32,000 bases of DNA from Bacteroidales bacterium. GTDB lineage: Bacteria; Bacteroidota; Bacteroidia; Bacteroidales; UBA12077. The notes beneath the pieces were generated by a model, which was not told the DNA's origin, made no database searches, and saw nothing but the letters and a program-made list of their open reading frames with translations. Within the stretch, counting starts at the first letter, position 1; each line of letters begins with the position of its first letter. The translations under genes and the position numbers were made by a program. Below are positions 28,031-32,000 of the stretch, piece by piece. The DNA is taken from positions 82,924-114,923 of the forward strand of contig JANQHR010000046.1 in assembly GCA_028282585.1 (NCBI GenBank). The letters run 5' to 3'.

Positions 28031-31000
28031 TTAATTATTCAAAAAGCTATTTTTCATAAAATCTTTTCCTTCTTCTAAAGTTTCGAAATTATTCACAGTA
28101 GTATTTTCTTCACTCTGTTCAGATTCCAAATGATCTGTTAATCCTTTTATAGTGGTATACGTAAATAAGGTTGTAATAGGAATTTCTTTGTCGAGTAACT
28201 CGTTTAGTTTAGTATTCACTAAAATTAAACTTAAAGAGCTTCCTCCGAGATCAAAGAAATTATCATTTACACCTATTCTATTTAGTTTTAAAACTTCTTT
28301 CCAAATTGCTTCAACCGACTTCTCCATTTTGCTTTCAGGTGCAACATATGTTGTCCCTGTCATGGCCCTATCTTTTTGCGGTGCAGGAAGTGATTTAAAG
28401 TCAATTTTACCACTAATTGTCAACGGAATAGAAGGAATCTCTGTGAAATATGAAGGTACCATATATTCAGGTAATGATTCTAATAGAAATTCTCTTAAGG
28501 TATTTGAATTAACATTTTCTGAAAAACCATTCACCGGAATGAAATAAGCTGCAATATATTTCTCATCATCTCTAATATTTACTTTTTCGCTCACCCCCAG
28601 CCTTCTTAAAAAGTTACCATATGCCTTTTCGGAGACCTTACAATTTAAATCTTCTTCAACGTTCTCAAGGGATAAGTGATCTAGTCTTTTTTCCCAACTT
28701 GTTGCTGAACCATAATAATGAAATCCATGATCTTTCATAAAACCATAATCTCCAATTTCTTTTATAGCACAGTTTGTTGAATAAACTGCAAAGTCTTTTT
28801 TCTTTTTCCAGTATGAGTCTTGTTTATTTAAATAGGTTATTAAATCCTCATTTTTAATATCACAAAACCTATAAAAATCCAGAAACCTCACTTTATCATG
28901 TATTCTACCGTCCGTTACTACATCTATATCAACTAAGTCAAATATTTTACTATCAATCTTTGGAGTATTCTTTTGCATATTTAATATTTCCTTTTCAATT
29001 AACTGATTATCCATATTTTCAGATTTCATGAAAATATTAAGTTTGTTTTCAATTATTTGACCCCTTGAAAGTGTAGCTCCAATAACAACTTTAATATCGT
29101 GTTTGTAAGCATACTCAGCAGCAAGCGAACTTGATACATGAAAACATCCCCTACATACAGTCGAAAAGGATTTCATACTTTCTTTAAGTATAATATCAGA
29201 TATATCGTGCTTTAAAATGATATTTTCAACACCCAACGATGATGTTACATATTTTATATTCTTAATATCTGATTTAGAAAAGTAACCATTGTCATATGTT
29301 AAAGTTAATACCTTCAAACCCATTTTAACCAGTTGATATAAAGCATAACCTGCTCCCCGTCCTCCTGCATAAAGTAAAATACAATCATATTTACTTTCTT
29401 TATCTTTATTTTGCTCTTTTACAAAAGTTTGAAGATCATCTAAAGATTTAAAATATTCATTAATGACTTTACTATTTTTTTCCAAGGAATTACACTGGTT
29501 ACAGATATTACTGTCATCTATCTTAATCTCTGGATAAGTAGAATTAATTCCGCATTTTTTACAATATTTTAATTCCGGTTTATCATCCTTTGGCGACCTA
29601 ACCATTAAAACACAGTCCTTAATATTCTGATGTTTTTGTAAAGCATTCTTTATTTCTCCAAGTTCAATTCTATATCCTCTAACCTTAACCTGTTCGTCTT
29701 TTCTTCCTTTAATTTCAATATTCCCATCTATTAACCTTCTACCAATATCTCCGGTTTTATAAAGTTTCCCTTCTCCAAATGGATTATCAATAAATACTTC
29801 ATTTGTTTTTTTCCAATTATTAATATATCCTCTTGCAATACTATCTCCTGCTATACAAATCTCACCATAATAACCAAGTGGTTTTTGTTGTAAATCGTCC
29901 GAAAGAATATATACTTGATTATTTGCAACATTATTGCCAATAGGAATTATTTCTCGAGTATCATCTTTCTTTAAAGGATAAAATGTATTATTAATAGTAC
30001 CTTCTGTTGGACCATAAGTATTAACAACCCTACCTTCCAAATAATTATGGAAATTTCTAACAACATTGGCAGCAACAGGTTCAGCTCCTATAAACAGGAG
30101 TGGTATTTTAATTTTAATATCATTTTCATAGGAATCTAAAATATGGGTAATAGCAGTAAACATAGATGCTGTGCAGTACATCTTTGTAATTTCAGTAGCT
30201 TTTGACAGAAGTTTTATTAAATGGTTAGCATCTTTACTTATTATGTCATTAATGACTTTTACTTTAGCACCTTTGTACAATGGCCAAAATACTTCGAAAA
30301 CTGACGGATCGAATGTAAGATTTGTACGTTGTGCCATTACATCAGTTTCTAACATCCCAAATTCCTTATCCATCCAGAATACACAATTATTTACTTGTTT
30401 GTGTTCCACCATTACACCTTTTGGCACTCCTGTTGATCCTGATGTGTACATAACAAAAGCCAAATCACTACCATTGGTGGGTATATCCAAATTCGAAGAT
30501 GGTTTATCTTTTAATTGATCAACCATTTGATCAATAATTATAATATTCCTGGTATCCAGCACATTTTTTTGTAATATTTTTTTATATACAATTCCATTTA
30601 TAGACTCTAGTTGCCTAGTATCAGGAATATTAAAGTCATTCTTAAAAAATTCCTTAAGTAATTCTTCAAAAGTATATTCTCCTTCACCAAGTACAGCTAA
30701 ATCAACATTTTCATCTTTTAGAATAGTATCGTAATCACTTGATGCATACGGCCCACCTACAATTAATGGAACCTTTATTCCCCAATTTCTAATAATAGAA
30801 ACTGTTTGGTGAAAAAAGTCTCTGTAAAAAGTCAAAGTTCTTATTCCAATTAGATCTGGATTAAACTCTTTTACCAAGGTTTGCAACTCCTGGTAATTAT
30901 CAAAATCAACACCTGCCTTATATATAAGCCCATCGATCTTATCCTTGAATTTCTTTTTAAGATATGTCAATAAGTATACTAAACCAATAGGTTGTTCAAC

Positions 31001-32000
31001 AACCTTATATAGCATACTGTGACTACTGAAGTGCTGAGATAAATCTAATAGCAGTATTCTTTTTTGATTTTGTTTTTTTTCGCTTGCTGTATTACCTGAA
31101 CTGTTAAAAACTATTGGCGCATCAATTTTTATTTTTTGATCGAATTTTAGCTGTGTATTATTTAATCCGGCAAGCTCCATAATATCTTCAACATTATTAA
31201 TTTCAACAGGCAAATAAGCATTATATTTTTGTATAAGGGCCGTTTCATTTAAGACCTTCATCTGTGCCGGAAGTACCTGTTTAAGCCGATCTTTATTAAG
31301 AAAATACTCATTCATAAAATCAGCCTGATACTTTCTTGTAAAAGATTTCGGAAATGGTAAAGTTTCCGGTAGTTCATGAAATGCCCTATCTTTTGAATTC
31401 ATTATATCACTTTTTCGCACTCCATTTTTCAAAGCAAATTCTTCCATTTCTGTATTTGGAAAGATTTTTAGAATATGTATATATGGAAAATGTAACCATT
31501 TAATATCCTTTATAAATTTTAGGGTCATCATAGCTTCCTCTTCTGTTTCGGTTGGGAATCCATGCATGGTTGCCATTTCCAGTATTACATGTGGATGAGT
31601 ATTTGCTATATAGTTTACAACATCACGAAATTTATCAAGGTTTAGGTTCTTTTTTAGTAATTTTTGTAACCTTGGGGAGGCTGTTTCCAATGATAAATTA
31701 ATTCCTCTGGTACCTGCTTCTACCATCAAATCAATATAATCCGGAGTCATGATATCTCCTCTTAAACCATTTGGAAAGAATAACTGAATATCAAGCTTAT
31801 TTTTTACAATATTTTGAAGAAGCGCGCCACTTTCTCGTAAATTCAAATTAAAACAATCATCAATAACAGCAAAGTTCCGAACACCTTTTTTATAAAAAGA
31901 TTTTATTTCCTCGAAAATATTATCACCACTTCTATGGACATGGTGTTTAGACCAAATTTTATGACAATAAAGACATTTATACGGGCACCCCCGTGTTGTT
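28031..32000 (-). CDS. NRPS (5' end outside the window): A domain interrupted by radical SAM + B12-binding (A2-A3) and by a PP-loop domain (A8-A10) - PCP
   Basis: Track ORF begins with TTG at 31846, but the frame stays open to the window edge, giving ...TTRGCPYKCLYCHKIWSKHHVHRSGDNIFEEIKSFYKKGVRNFAVIDDCFN/LNLRESG. Then LIVGGPYASSDYDTIL, VDLAVLGEGEYTF, A3 YTSGSTGVPKG, A8 KVRGYRIELGE, CKKCGINSTYPEIKIDDSNICNQC..., A10 ISGKIDF, PCP FFDLGGSSLSL. Confidence 0.93.
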   Translation of the reverse strand, partial: TTRGCPYKCLYCHKIWSKHHVHRSGDNIFEEIKSFYKKGVRNFAVIDDCFNLNLRESGALLQNIVKNKLDIQLFFPNGLRGDIMTPDYIDLMVEAGTRGINLSLETASPRLQKLLKKNLNLDKFRDVVNYIANTHPHVILEMATMHGFPTETEEEAMMTLKFIKDIKWLHFPYIHILKIFPNTEMEEFALKNGVRKSDIMNSKDRAFHELPETLPFPKSFTRKYQADFMNEYFLNKDRLKQVLPAQMKVLNETALIQKYNAYLPVEINNVEDIMELAGLNNTQLKFDQKIKIDAPIVFNSSGNTASEKKQNQKRILLLDLSQHFSSHSMLYKVVEQPIGLVYLLTYLKKKFKDKIDGLIYKAGVDFDNYQELQTLVKEFNPDLIGIRTLTFYRDFFHQTVSIIRNWGIKVPLIVGGPYASSDYDTILKDENVDLAVLGEGEYTFEELLKEFFKNDFNIPDTRQLESINGIVYKKILQKNVLDTRNIIIIDQMVDQLKDKPSSNLDIPTNGSDLAFVMYTSGSTGVPKGVMVEHKQVNNCVFWMDKEFGMLETDVMAQRTNLTFDPSVFEVFWPLYKGAKVKVINDIISKDANHLIKLLSKATEITKMYCTASMFTAITHILDSYENDIKIKIPLLFIGAEPVAANVVRNFHNYLEGRVVNTYGPTEGTINNTFYPLKKDDTREIIPIGNNVANNQVYILSDDLQQKPLGYYGEICIAGDSIARGYINNWKKTNEVFIDNPFGEGKLYKTGDIGRRLIDGNIEIKGRKDEQVKVRGYRIELGEIKNALQKHQNIKDCVLMVRSPKDDKPELKYCKKCGINSTYPEIKIDDSNICNQCNSLEKNSKVINEYFKSLDDLQTFVKEQNKDKESKYDCILLYAGGRGAGYALYQLVKMGLKVLTLTYDNGYFSKSDIKNIKYVTSSLGVENIILKHDISDIILKESMKSFSTVCRGCFHVSSSLAAEYAYKHDIKVVIGATLSRGQIIENKLNIFMKSENMDNQLIEKEILNMQKNTPKIDSKIFDLVDIDVVTDGRIHDKVRFLDFYRFCDIKNEDLITYLNKQDSYWKKKKDFAVYSTNCAIKEIGDYGFMKDHGFHYYGSATSWEKRLDHLSLENVEEDLNCKVSEKAYGNFLRRLGVSEKVNIRDDEKYIAAYFIPVNGFSENVNSNTLREFLLESLPEYMVPSYFTEIPSIPLTISGKIDFKSLPAPQKDRAMTGTTYVAPESKMEKSVEAIWKEVLKLNRIGVNDNFFDLGGSSLSLILVNTKLNELLDKEIPITTLFTYTTIKGLTDHLESEQSEENTTVNNFETLEEGKDFMKNSFLNN
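28595..29595 (-). other. PP-loop ATPase / N-acetyl-sugar-amidotransferase-like domain inserted between A8 and A10
   Basis: YCKKCGINSTYPEIKIDDSNICNQC (zinc-ribbon-like), YDCILLYAGGRGAGYALYQLVKMGLKVLTLTYDNGYFSKSDIKNI, STVCRGCFHVSSSLAAEYAYKHDIKVVIGATLSRGQIIE. Confidence 0.8.
30540..32000 (-). other. Radical SAM (partial) then B12-binding insert within the A domain
   Basis: CPYKCLYC at the right edge, LETASPRLQKLLKKN, then RILLLDLSQHF...VEQPIGLVYLLTYL...FNPDLIGIRTL...GGPYASSDYD...LGEGEYTFEELL...INGIVYK, then A3 LAFVMYTSGSTG. Confidence 0.88.

Noticed and set aside
31846-31846. Track-reported start of the 1271-aa ORF at 31846
   Set aside because: The start codon is TTG in the middle of a radical SAM domain, and the same frame stays open to 32000 encoding TTRGCPYKCLYCHKIW. 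The true start is outside the window.
1-32000. CRISPR array, transposase, phage, tRNA/rRNA or tandem repeat content
   Set aside because: I saw no regularly spaced direct repeats, transposase motifs or RNA gene signatures. Repetition is limited to the expected homology among NRPS domains.

Overview
The window is a single low-GC biosynthetic locus, Bacteroidota-like in style, with every convincing gene on the minus strand (read right to left) and mostly short gaps or overlaps. It encodes a hybrid NRPS/PKS assembly line. In transcription order it contains: (1) an NRPS, 28031..>32000, that runs off the right edge. Its adenylation (A) domain carries a B12-binding/radical SAM pair between core motifs A2 and A3, and a second PP-loop (N-acetyl-sugar-amidotransferase-like) insert between A8 and A10. 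(2) A complete five-gene methoxymalonyl-ACP cassette: FkbK-like dehydrogenase, FkbH, ACP, O-methyltransferase and acyl-ACP dehydrogenase. (3) A 3348-aa PKS-NRPS: KS-AT-KR-DH-T-C-A(Gly)-T-C. (4) A stand-alone methylthiotransferase-like (MiaB/RimO-type) radical SAM protein. (5) A 2398-aa NRPS: half C-A(Asn)-T-[GT4 glycosyltransferase]-C-A(Ser)-T. (6) A 1648-aa NRPS: docking-C-A(Asn, split by a radical SAM plus B12 insert)-T. No thioesterase or other release domain is visible, so the locus probably continues. The most unusual features are the permuted B12/radical SAM modules inside A domains, the double-interrupted A domain with a degenerate PP-loop, the GT4 domain fused in-line in an NRPS, and the methylthiotransferase homologue next to Asn modules. 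Residue and specificity readings were made by eye. No database search was run.
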